Source: an uncultured delta proteobacterium
Lineage (GTDB): Bacteria; Desulfobacterota; Binatia; DP-6
DNA length: 64,000 bases
Direction: 5' to 3'
Assembly (NCBI GenBank): GCA_963815115.1
Contig: CAWFFN010000007.1
Location: 1,088,001-1,152,000, forward strand
The notes below the pieces were generated by a model. It was not told the origin of the DNA and did no database searches. It worked only from the letters and a program-made list of their open reading frames with translations. This document shows positions 9,274-17,980 of the stretch, in pieces (within the stretch, counting starts at the first letter, position 1; every line of letters starts with the position of its first letter). Position numbers and translations under genes: made by a program.

Positions 9274-9412
9274 GTCGATCGGTTCTCCTCTGTTCGGGTG
9301 ATGGCCGGACCGGCGCTCGACACGCCGGTCCTGGCCCCTGGACGAAGTGACGGGCCTGCGATTCCCGCCGACGGGGGACCGCGGATCACGACACCGGACC
9401 GGTGCGCGGCGG

Positions 9413-9604
9413 TCACGATGCCTCCTTGAGAAAGCTGGCGAGCTCCGAGCGCAGCCACCGCGGCCGCCCCGCCACCCGGCGCGGGCGTGGCAAGTCACCG
9501 CGGGCGACCATTCGATCGATGGTTGATCTCGAGAGCCGCCAGAGCCGGCACAAGTCGGCCGCGCTCAGCATCGCCAGGCTGTCGTCGTCGGGGTGCGTCG
9601 TCAT
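9413..9604 (-). CDS. alpA: AlpA family HTH regulator
   Basis: LSAADLCRLWRLSRSTIDRMVARGDLPRPRRVAGRPRWLRSEL. Confidence 0.85.
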   Translation of the reverse strand: MTTHPDDDSLAMLSAADLCRLWRLSRSTIDRMVARGDLPRPRRVAGRPRWLRSELASFLKEAS

Positions 9605-9645
9605 GGTGACGCCCGCATACACCCGCGACTCGCACCCACCGAAAA

Positions 9646-9685
9646 TGCGTGCTACGCAAACCCCCGCAGAATCCTCGATTCTGCG
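9646..9685. promoter_or_regulatory. Palindromic operator candidates in the divergent switch region
   Basis: TGCGT-gct-ACGCA (9646-9658) and perfect CGCAGAATC-ctc-GATTCTGCG (9665-9685) between alpA and the divergent gene. Confidence 0.45.
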
Positions 9686-9699
9686 TTCGCACTCACAGC

Positions 9700-10572
9700 A
9701 TGCGACGAGACGAAGGCTACTGGAGCGCCGTGGCGCTGGTGGGGTTTGCCAACCTGCCCATCACCCGCGCCACGTGGCGCAGCCTCTGGGGCGCGTGGGG
9801 CTGGCCATCCTCGCCGCCGCTCCGGACGCCGGCGCGCCGGCGCTGGGACGCGCGGATGGTCGGGCTCGCGCGAACGGGACGCGTGGACGAACTGCAGCGG
9901 GCGTATCGAACCGAACTGAGGCGGTACGGCGATGAGGGCCGCCGCGCGTCCCTCGACCCGGCCGACTGGGTGCGGGGGCTGCCGGAAACCCCCGTCGATC
10001 TCGAGGGGCGGGTGGCGCTCATCGACCGCTCAGGCGACCTCTTCATCGACCCACCGACGACCCGGCGCGTCGGCGTCGTCCTGGCGGTGCACCAGGCGGC
10101 GGGGGACCGCCTCGCGACCATCATCGCCGGCAAGCCACAGGCACTCTACAGCCTCTGCACCGCGCTCATCCGCGTGCCGCTCGGCACGGGGCTGGCGGTG
10201 ATCCGCCATGTCGGCTCGGACGGCCTGCAGGCCGAACCACCAGCCGACGAGACAGAGTCGCTCGCCGCGTGGGTCGACGGCCTCTTCCTCCGTGCGGCCC
10301 GCGCAGGCTTCTGGCCACGGTTCTTCACCTGCGCGACCTGTGGGCGGTTCACCGTCGGGCGACTCCGGCGGGCACGCTTCTGCAGCAGCCGGTGCCGCGC
10401 CCGGGCGCACCGGAAACAGCATCCCAGGTCGCAGCCCGGGGCTGCGATCCGTGCCGCGGTCGAGACGCTCCGCCGGCAGGGGGTGCGCGCCGACACGGCG
10501 GTGGCACGGGTCGCGCGGCAGTTCGGTTTTCCCGAAGCCGCCGTCTGGCAACTGACAGCCCGGCACTCCTGA
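9700..10572 (+). CDS. CGNR-type zinc-finger protein, putative regulator
   Basis: CATCGRF...RARFCSSRCRARAHRK followed by an HTH-like tail. Confidence 0.65.
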   Translation: MRRDEGYWSAVALVGFANLPITRATWRSLWGAWGWPSSPPLRTPARRRWDARMVGLARTGRVDELQRAYRTELRRYGDEGRRASLDPADWVRGLPETPVDLEGRVALIDRSGDLFIDPPTTRRVGVVLAVHQAAGDRLATIIAGKPQALYSLCTALIRVPLGTGLAVIRHVGSDGLQAEPPADETESLAAWVDGLFLRAARAGFWPRFFTCATCGRFTVGRLRRARFCSSRCRARAHRKQHPRSQPGAAIRAAVETLRRQGVRADTAVARVARQFGFPEAAVWQLTARHS

Positions 10573-10624
10573 GTGGCCAGGAGTGCACATCTTAACTTAA
10601 CGTCGGGCGAGTGGCTCGCTTCCT

Positions 10625-11362
10625 CTACTCCCGGTCCATGTCGGAGAACTCTCGCAACTGGTCGGACAGAAACTCCTCCACCTCGTCGCCGGTGATGCAG
10701 GCGGAGTTGGCGGCACTGTTGAGGTGCCGCTGTGCCTCTCGCACGCCATCCCGCAGCTGCACGAAATCCACAACCCACCCTTGGCCGAGCGTTGGGTTGC
10801 CGTCCTTGAGACGCCCGTACCGGAACGCCTCGCCAGTCGGATCGACCTGGTGAAGCTTCGCGATGACGTCCCGCACGATGGGCGGCAGCGGTAACCCGTC
10901 GTACTTGAGCAGCTGCAGCCAGGGGACGACCCCGCGGTCGAGGAGCTTGAGCAAGTCATGGCTGCGCAGCAAGCCGGCGCTCTCCTTGCGAAGCTGCTCG
11001 GCTCGCTGGGTCAGCTTCTTGTCCAACTCGCGGGCTCGCTCCTTGAGACGGATCGCGTGCTGGACGTCACGGATCAGCTCCTTCAACTCCAGCTCGAGCC
11101 CATGTCGATACAAGAAACAAATCGGATACCACAGTGGCGGCGTCGGGAGGGGTCGCCTGCCGCTGGGGGTCTGGGTTGCCTGGATCACCTTGAGGACGTC
11201 CCCCGTCTGGAGGGCGGCTTCCGCCTGGACGACGTCTTCAACGAGTCGGTCCGCCGCGTCGAGGAAGCCCGTGCGATACGCGAGGTCGTCGTTCTGCGCG
11301 CTGAGTTCGACCGGGCACGTCGCTGTTGCACTGGTCGGGGTGGGCTTCTCGTCCTTGGGCAT
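10625..11362 (-). CDS. HEPN-like helical cargo protein
   Basis: YPICFLYRHGLELELKELI...HDLLKLL...DPTGEAFRYG pattern of HEPN-related island proteins. Confidence 0.6.
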   Translation of the reverse strand: MPKDEKPTPTSATATCPVELSAQNDDLAYRTGFLDAADRLVEDVVQAEAALQTGDVLKVIQATQTPSGRRPLPTPPLWYPICFLYRHGLELELKELIRDVQHAIRLKERARELDKKLTQRAEQLRKESAGLLRSHDLLKLLDRGVVPWLQLLKYDGLPLPPIVRDVIAKLHQVDPTGEAFRYGRLKDGNPTLGQGWVVDFVQLRDGVREAQRHLNSAANSACITGDEVEEFLSDQLREFSDMDRE

Positions 11363-11524
11363 CGAAGGGATCGCGCTACTGCACCGGCCCCGTCGCGCTC
11401 ACCAGATCGCCCGCCGCCTCCAGCTCGTCGAGGAGCTGCGCCGCCTCGGCCTCGGGCACGCCGAGCAGCTCGGCCACGAGGGCATCGGCACGATGTCCTC
11501 GGGAAGCCAAGCGAGGGCGGCTAG

Positions 11525-13176
11525 CCCGGATAATTCACGCCCGCCAGCGTGAAGAAGCCACCGGACCCCTCGAAGTGTGCTATTGACGCGGTTGTCGAGG
11601 CCAGCGTCGAGCACGCTGAGGAGGGGTGGCGGTGGCTGCAGAGTGTCATAGTCGATTCGGCTTCGCTTTCCAACGGAAGCTCACGGCTGCGTTCGACGGC
11701 GGCGAGATCACGACCGAGGCGGGGCTGCTCCTTGTTCGGGAGTTCGACGAGCGGTTGGGGCTGACGGCGGCCCTCCGCGACGCGGTGGCGGATGAGCGGG
11801 ACCGGCGCTACGTGACGCACGACGTCCTCACGCTCCTGCGCCAGCGCCTCTACCAAATCGTGGCCGGCTACGAGGACGCCAACGACGCCACGACCCTGCG
11901 GCACGATCCCGCGCTGCAGAGTGTCGTCCACCGGCTCGGGACGCCGCTCGCGTCGCAGCCGACGCTCTCGCGCCTCGAGAACGCGGTGGAGTGGGACACG
12001 ATCCGACGCCTGGGCACCGTCCTGCGCCAGTGGTTCACCCGGCACGGGGTCTCGCACCTCGAGCCGCCCGGGGAGGTGATCCTGGACCTCGACTCCACCG
12101 ACGACCCGACGCACGGGCAGCAGCAGCTCAGCTTCTTCAATGGCCACTACGACGAGCACATGTACCACCCGCTGCTCGTCTTCGCCGACGGCTATCTGCT
12201 CGGCGCGCGGTTGCGCCCCGGCGACGTCGGCGGTGCGACGCATGCCTGGCCGCTGCTCGAGCCGATCATCGCGCATCTGCGCGCGCAGCTGCCGACCACC
12301 GGGCTCGCCCTGCGGGCCGATGGCGGCTTCTGCAACCCCGACCTGCTCGATGCGGCGGAGCGGGCGGGGCTCACCTACGCGATCGGCATGGCCCCCAACC
12401 CCAGGCTGGACGCGGCCGTCGCGCTCCACCGCGTCCACGCCCACGTCACGTATGAACGCACCGGCCGCCCGGTGCGGTGGTTTACGAGCGTTCACTACCA
12501 GACGCGCAGCTGGGCACGGCCACGGCGCGTGCTCGCGATGATCGAGCACACCGCCCAGGGCCCGAACGTCCGCTACGTGGTCACCAACCGCCGCGGCCGG
12601 GCGGCCGAGATCTTTCACTGGTACCACCAGCGCGGGCAGGCCGAGAACTTCATCAAGGAACTCAAGCGCGATCTCGCCGCCGATCGACTGTCGTGCCACG
12701 CCTTCCGCGCCAACGCGTTTCGCCTCCTGCTGCACGCGCTCGCCTACGACCTGCTCCAGCTCTTCCGCCAGCGCGTGCTCGCCGGGACCGCGCTCGCGAG
12801 CGCGACGCTGGGCACGGTGCGCCTGCGGCTGCTCAAGCTCGGCGCGCGCGTCGTGCGCTCCGTCCGGCGCTGGTGGTTCCACTGCGCCTCCGGCTGGCCG
12901 GGGCAGCCCCTCTTCCTCGTCGTCCATCGCCGGCTCCGCATGCTGCGTGCGTCGCCCTGACGGCTTGGGCGCGCCGCACACCTCGGAGCTGCTCCTCGCC
13001 GCGGTATCCGACCCCGCTGCGCCGCGGTGTGGTTGCCGCCCGCCAGTGCACGCCGCTTGAGCCCGCCACGAGCCGCGTCGCCGCTCGCGAGGCCCGCGGT
13101 CACGGCACCCGAATCCGTCGCGGGCGATCAGCCCGTCATCCGCCCTGGGTGACTGGCACTTCATGAATGATCCGGG
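11525..13176 (+). mobile_element. IS1380 family insertion sequence
   Basis: TIRs CCCGGATAATTCAC / CCCGGATCATTCAT (12/14); CTAG on both flanks (11521-11524, 13177-13180); 1652 bp. Confidence 0.92.
11626..12960 (+). CDS. IS1380 family DDE transposase
   Basis: FDGGEITTEAG, LASQPTLSRLEN, LDLDSTDDPTHGQQ, LRADGGF, YHQRGQAENFIKELK, FRANAFRL. Confidence 0.96.
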   Translation: MAVAAECHSRFGFAFQRKLTAAFDGGEITTEAGLLLVREFDERLGLTAALRDAVADERDRRYVTHDVLTLLRQRLYQIVAGYEDANDATTLRHDPALQSVVHRLGTPLASQPTLSRLENAVEWDTIRRLGTVLRQWFTRHGVSHLEPPGEVILDLDSTDDPTHGQQQLSFFNGHYDEHMYHPLLVFADGYLLGARLRPGDVGGATHAWPLLEPIIAHLRAQLPTTGLALRADGGFCNPDLLDAAERAGLTYAIGMAPNPRLDAAVALHRVHAHVTYERTGRPVRWFTSVHYQTRSWARPRRVLAMIEHTAQGPNVRYVVTNRRGRAAEIFHWYHQRGQAENFIKELKRDLAADRLSCHAFRANAFRLLLHALAYDLLQLFRQRVLAGTALASATLGTVRLRLLKLGARVVRSVRRWWFHCASGWPGQPLFLVVHRRLRMLRASP

Positions 13177-13230
13177 CTAGGCCGGCGTCGTGCGCATGGG
13201 TGGGGTCGGCACGATGGACGTCCAACGCTG

Positions 13231-14070
13231 TCAGCTCTCCGTCGACCCGAAAGTCGAGAGTCCCGCCTCGGCTGCCAGCAGCTTCCACATATCTGGAGGG
13301 TTGAACATCATTGGGCGTGCGAAGTTCCCTTCAAGTGCGGTGAGAACCTTCATCCAAGTGGCCGTTGTAATCTCGCACATCTTCACCCTCCTTACGATTG
13401 CCTTCGATTCTGACGATGGGATGACGACCCCGAACCACGGTGGGTCGTCGAACGTAGCCGCGATAGCCGCCTGCCCACGCCAGCCATGAAAGCCGCAACG
13501 ACGCTCCGTTCCCGTCGCCCCATAAGACGCGCTGAAGAGCATCTGTCCGAAGAAGCAGAGACCACGCCTGGGATCAGACTGTGCTCTCAGACTCTCTACT
13601 TCACGCCGGAACAATTCGATGATGTCCTCCGCGCGCTCAACGTCCAGGATGCTATACCGGTGCTCAACGGCGTTCCTGTCGTCAATTGCCCTGGCCAAGA
13701 CGCGTTCCGCTAGCTCGTCGATAATCCGCCGTCTGACCAACACTTCGCTCTTCTGGTCTGATGTCGCCGGCGCGTCTCGGCAGAATGCGAAGCCATCTCG
13801 CCGAAGGTACCAGTCCACAAGAGAGCCCAGACCCCGCCGGGCATTCGTGACGGCGTTGACTGTGTGCCGGTGCTTCCTACCTGAATCGACCTCGCTGCGA
13901 GCTTGCTGAATCTCGGCGACGGCCCACTGCAAATACTGCCCGTCATCGATTTGTCCCGGGGAAGTCCAGGTAAGCCCCGTCGCCTCGTGCCCGCTGAGCG
14001 TGCCAACGGCACTCAATATGTCAGCGGGGTCGAGCGGTTCGAAGCTGCAAACGCCCTTGGTCACGTCCAT
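13231..14070 (-). CDS. HEPN-motif cargo protein, candidate defence RNase
   Basis: Helical N-half with NAVTNARRGL and an RxxxxH motif RNAVEH; visibly lower GC than the flanks. Confidence 0.6.
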   Translation of the reverse strand: MDVTKGVCSFEPLDPADILSAVGTLSGHEATGLTWTSPGQIDDGQYLQWAVAEIQQARSEVDSGRKHRHTVNAVTNARRGLGSLVDWYLRRDGFAFCRDAPATSDQKSEVLVRRRIIDELAERVLARAIDDRNAVEHRYSILDVERAEDIIELFRREVESLRAQSDPRRGLCFFGQMLFSASYGATGTERRCGFHGWRGQAAIAATFDDPPWFGVVIPSSESKAIVRRVKMCEITTATWMKVLTALEGNFARPMMFNPPDMWKLLAAEAGLSTFGSTES

Positions 14071-14189
14071 CCCGGGTCACTCCTCACCTAGTCCGTTTGC
14101 TCTTCCTCCGGGCGCTCGGCGCTGCCAGCACGGGGGCGTGAAAACCGGGGGAGGCCGTCCTCAGCCGACGAGGCTATAGAGTTCTTGAG

Positions 14190-14450
14190 TCATCGCGGAC
14201 CGACTTGAACGTTGAGGCTGCGACTGTTGCCGTAGACGGCGGCCCGGCACCCTGCCGGATCGCCGCCCTGACGGATGCAGCTATCAACGTCCGCAGCCTG
14301 GCGTTCGCGAGCGCGAGCTTCGGCCTCGCGACGTGCGCAGTAGGGGCTGTTGTGAATGCCTGCGATGCGAGAGCCCTCGTCGCCGCAAGGGACCATGCAG
14401 CCCGCCAAGCCGACTACTGCGGTGAGGCACGCGCGCGACAACAGGCGCAC
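14190..14450 (-). CDS. Small lipoprotein
   Basis: Lipobox LAGC after a hydrophobic stretch; Cys pairs. Confidence 0.5.
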   Translation of the reverse strand: MRLLSRACLTAVVGLAGCMVPCGDEGSRIAGIHNSPYCARREAEARARERQAADVDSCIRQGGDPAGCRAAVYGNSRSLNVQVGPR

Positions 14451-14624
14451 GCTTGATGGCTACCAATGTTCCCCTAGTTCTTCAAGGTGGGGCGCCGAGG
14501 CGACCCGCTCCCAACCCCGACGGCACCGCGTCCCTGTCACGCTCCCAGGACGTGCGGGCGCGGGGCCGCCGGGTTCACGTCACCGCCGCGGCCGCCCCCC
14601 GCCCGCCAGCCGCGCGCCCTCGTA

Positions 14625-14951
14625 TCAGTCGAAGGCTCCCGCGACCGTCAGGTCGGCCAGCTCGGTCAAGTGCACGCGGACGGCGTCCTCAAGGTCTCGA
14701 TGCACTTGCGCCCCATCGATCCCCCAGCCCGCGGCGAGGACCGCCGCAACCCGGGCTGGCCAATTTAACCAGGCATCGCGATAGCCCTGCGCGGCATTCC
14801 TCACGACGCGCGTGACGGTCGCGATCTCGGCCAACTCGCCGCGGCGACGGCGCACCTCGAGCTGCCGCAGATCAGCTAACGCCGTCTCCTTGCGGCGCCG
14901 GGCCGCCTCGAGGCTCTCGCCGGGAGCCTGTTTCCGCCCCGCCCCGCTCAC
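14625..14951 (-). CDS. Terminase small subunit-like protein, C-terminal (oligomerisation/TerL-binding) part
   Basis: SLEAARRRKE...RRGEL...RDAWLNWPARVAAVLAA...LEDAVRVHLTELAD resembles Nu1-type TerS C-termini; GTG start overlaps the upstream TGA. Confidence 0.7.
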   Translation of the reverse strand: MSGAGRKQAPGESLEAARRRKETALADLRQLEVRRRRGELAEIATVTRVVRNAAQGYRDAWLNWPARVAAVLAAGWGIDGAQVHRDLEDAVRVHLTELADLTVAGAFD

Positions 14952-15253
14952 TCGTCGTCGTCGGTGTTCCACTCCGCCCCCGCGGCATCGGCCCGGCGCA
15001 CGAACTCCCGCCAGATGTAGTCTGACACCTCGGTTTCTGGATCGAGCCACGGCCGAAACTCCCGCGCGCGGCCGGGCCGCTGGAGGGTGCCCAAGGTATT
15101 GCCGCGCCAGTCCTCCAGCACCCCCACCGCGTCCCACCGCCCATCCTCCTCCCGGGTGATCGTTCCGCGAGCCTCGGCCTTCGCAATCGCCTGGCGGGCC
15201 ACGCCCAGGATGGCGGCGAGCTGGCTGTCAGTGTCGACGAAGGCGCGGGACAT
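14948..15253 (-). CDS. Terminase small subunit-like protein, N-terminal winged-HTH part
   Basis: SQLAAILGVARQAIAKAEARGTI...GRWDAVGVLEDWRGNT, Nu1-like DNA-binding domain. Confidence 0.65.
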   Translation of the reverse strand: MSRAFVDTDSQLAAILGVARQAIAKAEARGTITREEDGRWDAVGVLEDWRGNTLGTLQRPGRAREFRPWLDPETEVSDYIWREFVRRADAAGAEWNTDDDE

Positions 15254-15386
15254 CGGGGTTACCGCTCATGCCGGTCGCTCCGGGTGCCGGACCCGGGGGG
15301 ACCCTGTGAGAAACCGCAGGCTTCGTTCGCCATGTCATCAGGAGGTGCAACCCCGATTTTGGGGGTGAAATCTAGGCCAACGCTGC

Positions 15387-15430
15387 CCCCCGACGCCCCG
15401 CTCCGCCTCCACTTCATTCCCAGGACCCGT
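15387..15430 (-). other. Lambda-like cos packaging site (cosQ plus cosN-like)
   Basis: Minus strand ACGGGTCCT-N21-CG-GGGCGTCGGGGG versus lambda ACGGGTCCT-N21-CG-GGGCGGCGACCT (lambda recalled from memory); ~135 bp upstream of terS. Confidence 0.65.
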
Positions 15431-15575
15431 GACCGCTAACTACGAATCCGCGGGGCATGGCGGGGCGTTGACCGCTGATCGGGTAGGTTACGGCCGCACG
15501 GTAGACTGCGAGTCAAACGCGCTTTCGACGAGGATTCGGTCAGGCAGGAGGGCAGGTGGGTGCCGCGTTGGTGCT

Positions 15576-16034
15576 CTACTGGAAGAACCCCTCGCAGTAG
15601 TAGGCGCCGAAGTAGATCCCGCGGTAGTCGACCACCGCGGCGTTCTCCCCGTGCACGGGCTCGTAGAGTGCCGTGTCGGGCTCCTTCTCGGAAGCCAGCA
15701 TCGCGAGTCCCACCGGGACGTTCACCAGGCCATCGGTGAACCGCATCACCCCAGCGGCGACGTTGAGTATCGTGCAGGAGGCGATGTACGCACCGAACAT
15801 GACGGGTGTCAAAAGGACCTTCTGCAGTGGCGGTTGCTTGCCATTGACGTAGAACTTCCGCACGAAGGTCGAGCTCGCGGTATACGGGGAGAGGGCAAGG
15901 TCGAGGGGCGTTCCGACGAGGTCCATCGCGCCTCGCGCGAGCGTGTCGGTTTCCGCCCACACCGGGCCGGTCCATGCCAGTGCCGTGGCCAGCAGCGCTG
16001 CGGTTGCGGTCCGTCGTGCCGGTCGCATCCCCAT
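15576..16034 (-). CDS. Secreted/membrane hypothetical protein
   Basis: Signal peptide ending PVWA; amphipathic helices (LARGAMDLVGTPLDL...GVMRFTDGLVNV). Confidence 0.6.
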   Translation of the reverse strand: MGMRPARRTATAALLATALAWTGPVWAETDTLARGAMDLVGTPLDLALSPYTASSTFVRKFYVNGKQPPLQKVLLTPVMFGAYIASCTILNVAAGVMRFTDGLVNVPVGLAMLASEKEPDTALYEPVHGENAAVVDYRGIYFGAYYCEGFFQ

Positions 16035-16157
16035 GGTGGCCCTTTTTTGGACGCCACTTCGAGTCGTGACGTCGGGTGCCCCTACGGCTTCGGCTGTTTA
16101 GTCGAGACGTGTGCGCCTCGTCAAGTAGGCGATTTACCGCTGCGCGCGCCTTCCGGC

Positions 16158-16379
16158 TCAGGGCGGCTCCGTGCGGTTCGATCGATGCGGACGCGATCGG
16201 TGCTCCGGTGCTCCCAGCGCCCATTGTGGTCGGTCAAGGCCAATAAGTGGCGGCCGGTGTCGCGACCTCGGCCTCCAGCGCCGCCAGGAGCATGCGGCGG
16301 GCACCCTCTCGCTCCTCCGCCCAGCGCGCCTCGATCGACGGAGCCAGTTCTGCCAGAAGGCCGGGCCGAACAGATCCAT
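16158..16379 (-). CDS. Hypothetical protein
   Basis: ATG 7 nt after the upstream stop, last gene of the operon; reading frame uncertain. Confidence 0.3.
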   Translation of the reverse strand: MDLFGPAFWQNWLRRSRRAGRRSERVPAACSWRRWRPRSRHRPPLIGLDRPQWALGAPEHRSRPHRSNRTEPP

Positions 16380-16385
16380 GCCGCG

Positions 16386-16922
16386 CTACCGCGCGACCTC
16401 CGGGGCGAACAATACGGCCGGGTCGCAATCCGCGCGCCGGTCTATCGCCTGGCCGCGGCGCTCCGCCTCGACGATCAGCGTCTCCTCCTGCAGCGCCAGG
16501 TCGCGCACCGTCTCCCGCAGGGCCTCGAGACGTGCAGGGCGGTCGGCCATAGGCACCGCCGCACGCGACAGCTCGGGATCGGCCGCGTAGATCGCGTGGA
16601 GGCGCGCCCGCAACGCCGTGAGGAGTGCGTCACGATGCACCCTGCACTCGTAGGCGGCGGCGCGCTGCGCATCGTACTGTGCATCCGGCAGAAGGAGTTG
16701 CACCGTCCCGAGATCCCCGCCGCCTGGGCGGGTAAAAGATGCGAGCACCCGATCGGGATCGTAGAGACTGGCCAGGCGATCGACGCCGGCGACCAGACCG
16801 GCCTCGGCTTCGTCCAGCGGCAAGGGCGCGCGGTCGAGTGCGGCAAGCTTCGCCTCTGTCGTGCGGATCAACTCGCGCAGTTGTTCGAGGCCCATCGTGC
16901 CGAAGCGGCTCTTCGATGCCAT
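16386..16922 (-). CDS. Helical hypothetical protein of the satellite operon
   Basis: RBS AAAGGAG; coiled-coil character. Confidence 0.7.
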   Translation of the reverse strand: MASKSRFGTMGLEQLRELIRTTEAKLAALDRAPLPLDEAEAGLVAGVDRLASLYDPDRVLASFTRPGGGDLGTVQLLLPDAQYDAQRAAAYECRVHRDALLTALRARLHAIYAADPELSRAAVPMADRPARLEALRETVRDLALQEETLIVEAERRGQAIDRRADCDPAVLFAPEVAR

Positions 16923-16933
16923 CGCGTCTCCTT

Positions 16934-17398
16934 TCAGACGCCCAGGTAGCGACGGGAGCGCTCGGCGATCTGGCCGAGACGGTTCGAGCGTTCCTGCGCC
17001 AGGTCACGCTCGCAGGTGAGTCGGGCGAGCTCGGCCGTCGTCTCCTCGAGGTCGCGCGCGAGGTCGTCGAGGTTGTCCCCAATCGCTGGCTGCCAAGTCT
17101 TGGCAGTCGGGCCTTTCGAGCGGTCGGGCACCCATTGCCCGGGGTGCAAGGTCGGATGCGTCGCGCGCAGCTCCTCGAGGCGCCGAGTGAGGCGCTGCTC
17201 CTCGTCACGCAGCGCCCGCGCCTGGTCGTTGAGGGTGCGGGCGCGCACGCGGGCGACCTCCGCGTCCGTCTCGAGGGCTTCCAGCTTCCGCCGCACCGCG
17301 GCCGGCAGGGCCTGGCGGGCGCGCCGAGCGCCGCCCGGGACCGTCACGGGCCCGAGCCGCGTCGCAGCGGCGGTCTCGCCGGCATTGGCGTCGGTCAT
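16934..17398 (-). CDS. Coiled-coil hypothetical protein
   Basis: RBS AAAGGAG; heptad-rich sequence. Confidence 0.7.
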   Translation of the reverse strand: MTDANAGETAAATRLGPVTVPGGARRARQALPAAVRRKLEALETDAEVARVRARTLNDQARALRDEEQRLTRRLEELRATHPTLHPGQWVPDRSKGPTAKTWQPAIGDNLDDLARDLEETTAELARLTCERDLAQERSNRLGQIAERSRRYLGV

Positions 17399-17399
17399 G

Positions 17400-17702
17400 T
17401 CACTCTCCTTTCGGCGTCATCGTGGGAGCGTCCGCACGTCGTGCCGGGTGAGAAACTCCGCGCGCAGGGCCCGCCGCGAGGTCGCCTCTAACCACCGGCG
17501 GGCGCACCCACATCGCGGCGTCGCGCCAAGCGGCGTCCGGGATCCCCGCGCGCTCGAGGAGCGCGTCGAGCTCGTCGGGCTCGCGGGCCCCGTGCACGAG
17601 CAGGCCGCGCACGAAGCTCAAGATTTCGCCGGGACGGCCGAGCGGCGCGCTCCGGGCAGCGTGGGCGAGGCCGACCAGGTCGCGGACGCGCTCGGGGGTC
17701 AT
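17400..17702 (-). CDS. Hypothetical protein
   Basis: ATGA overlap with the upstream HTH gene. Confidence 0.5.
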   Translation of the reverse strand: MTPERVRDLVGLAHAARSAPLGRPGEILSFVRGLLVHGAREPDELDALLERAGIPDAAWRDAAMWVRPPVVRGDLAAGPARGVSHPARRADAPTMTPKGE

Positions 17703-17905
17703 CCCGCCGCCCCTTTCGGGACCCGGCGGGTGTGCTCGAGCCAGGCTTCGACATCCGAGAGGCGCACGCGAGCCCAGCCGCCGGCATCGTAGATTTCGAG
17801 CTCACCGCGCTCCGCGGCCTGAAAGAGCAAGTGCCTGCCGACGCCGAAGAGCCGGGCGGCTTGCCGGACCGTGACCAGGCGCTCGACCGCCGGGGTGGCG
17901 TCCAT
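17699..17905 (-). CDS. Second excisionase/MerR-like HTH protein
   Basis: LVTVRQAARLFGVGRHLLFQAAERGEL...RVRLSDVEAWLE. Confidence 0.8.
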   Translation of the reverse strand: MDATPAVERLVTVRQAARLFGVGRHLLFQAAERGELEIYDAGGWARVRLSDVEAWLEHTRRVPKGAAG

Positions 17906-17913
17906 CCAGCATC

Positions 17914-17943
17914 AGCTTAGCTAATATGCACCTGGAGCGTCAA
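17914..17943 (-). promoter_or_regulatory. Sigma70-type promoter of the 17905-16158 operon (near-leaderless)
   Basis: TTGACG-N18-TAAGCT ending 8 nt before the ATG. Confidence 0.5.
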
Positions 17944-17980
17944 GAAGTGGCGCGAATGGATGGACGATACGCGGATGCCC

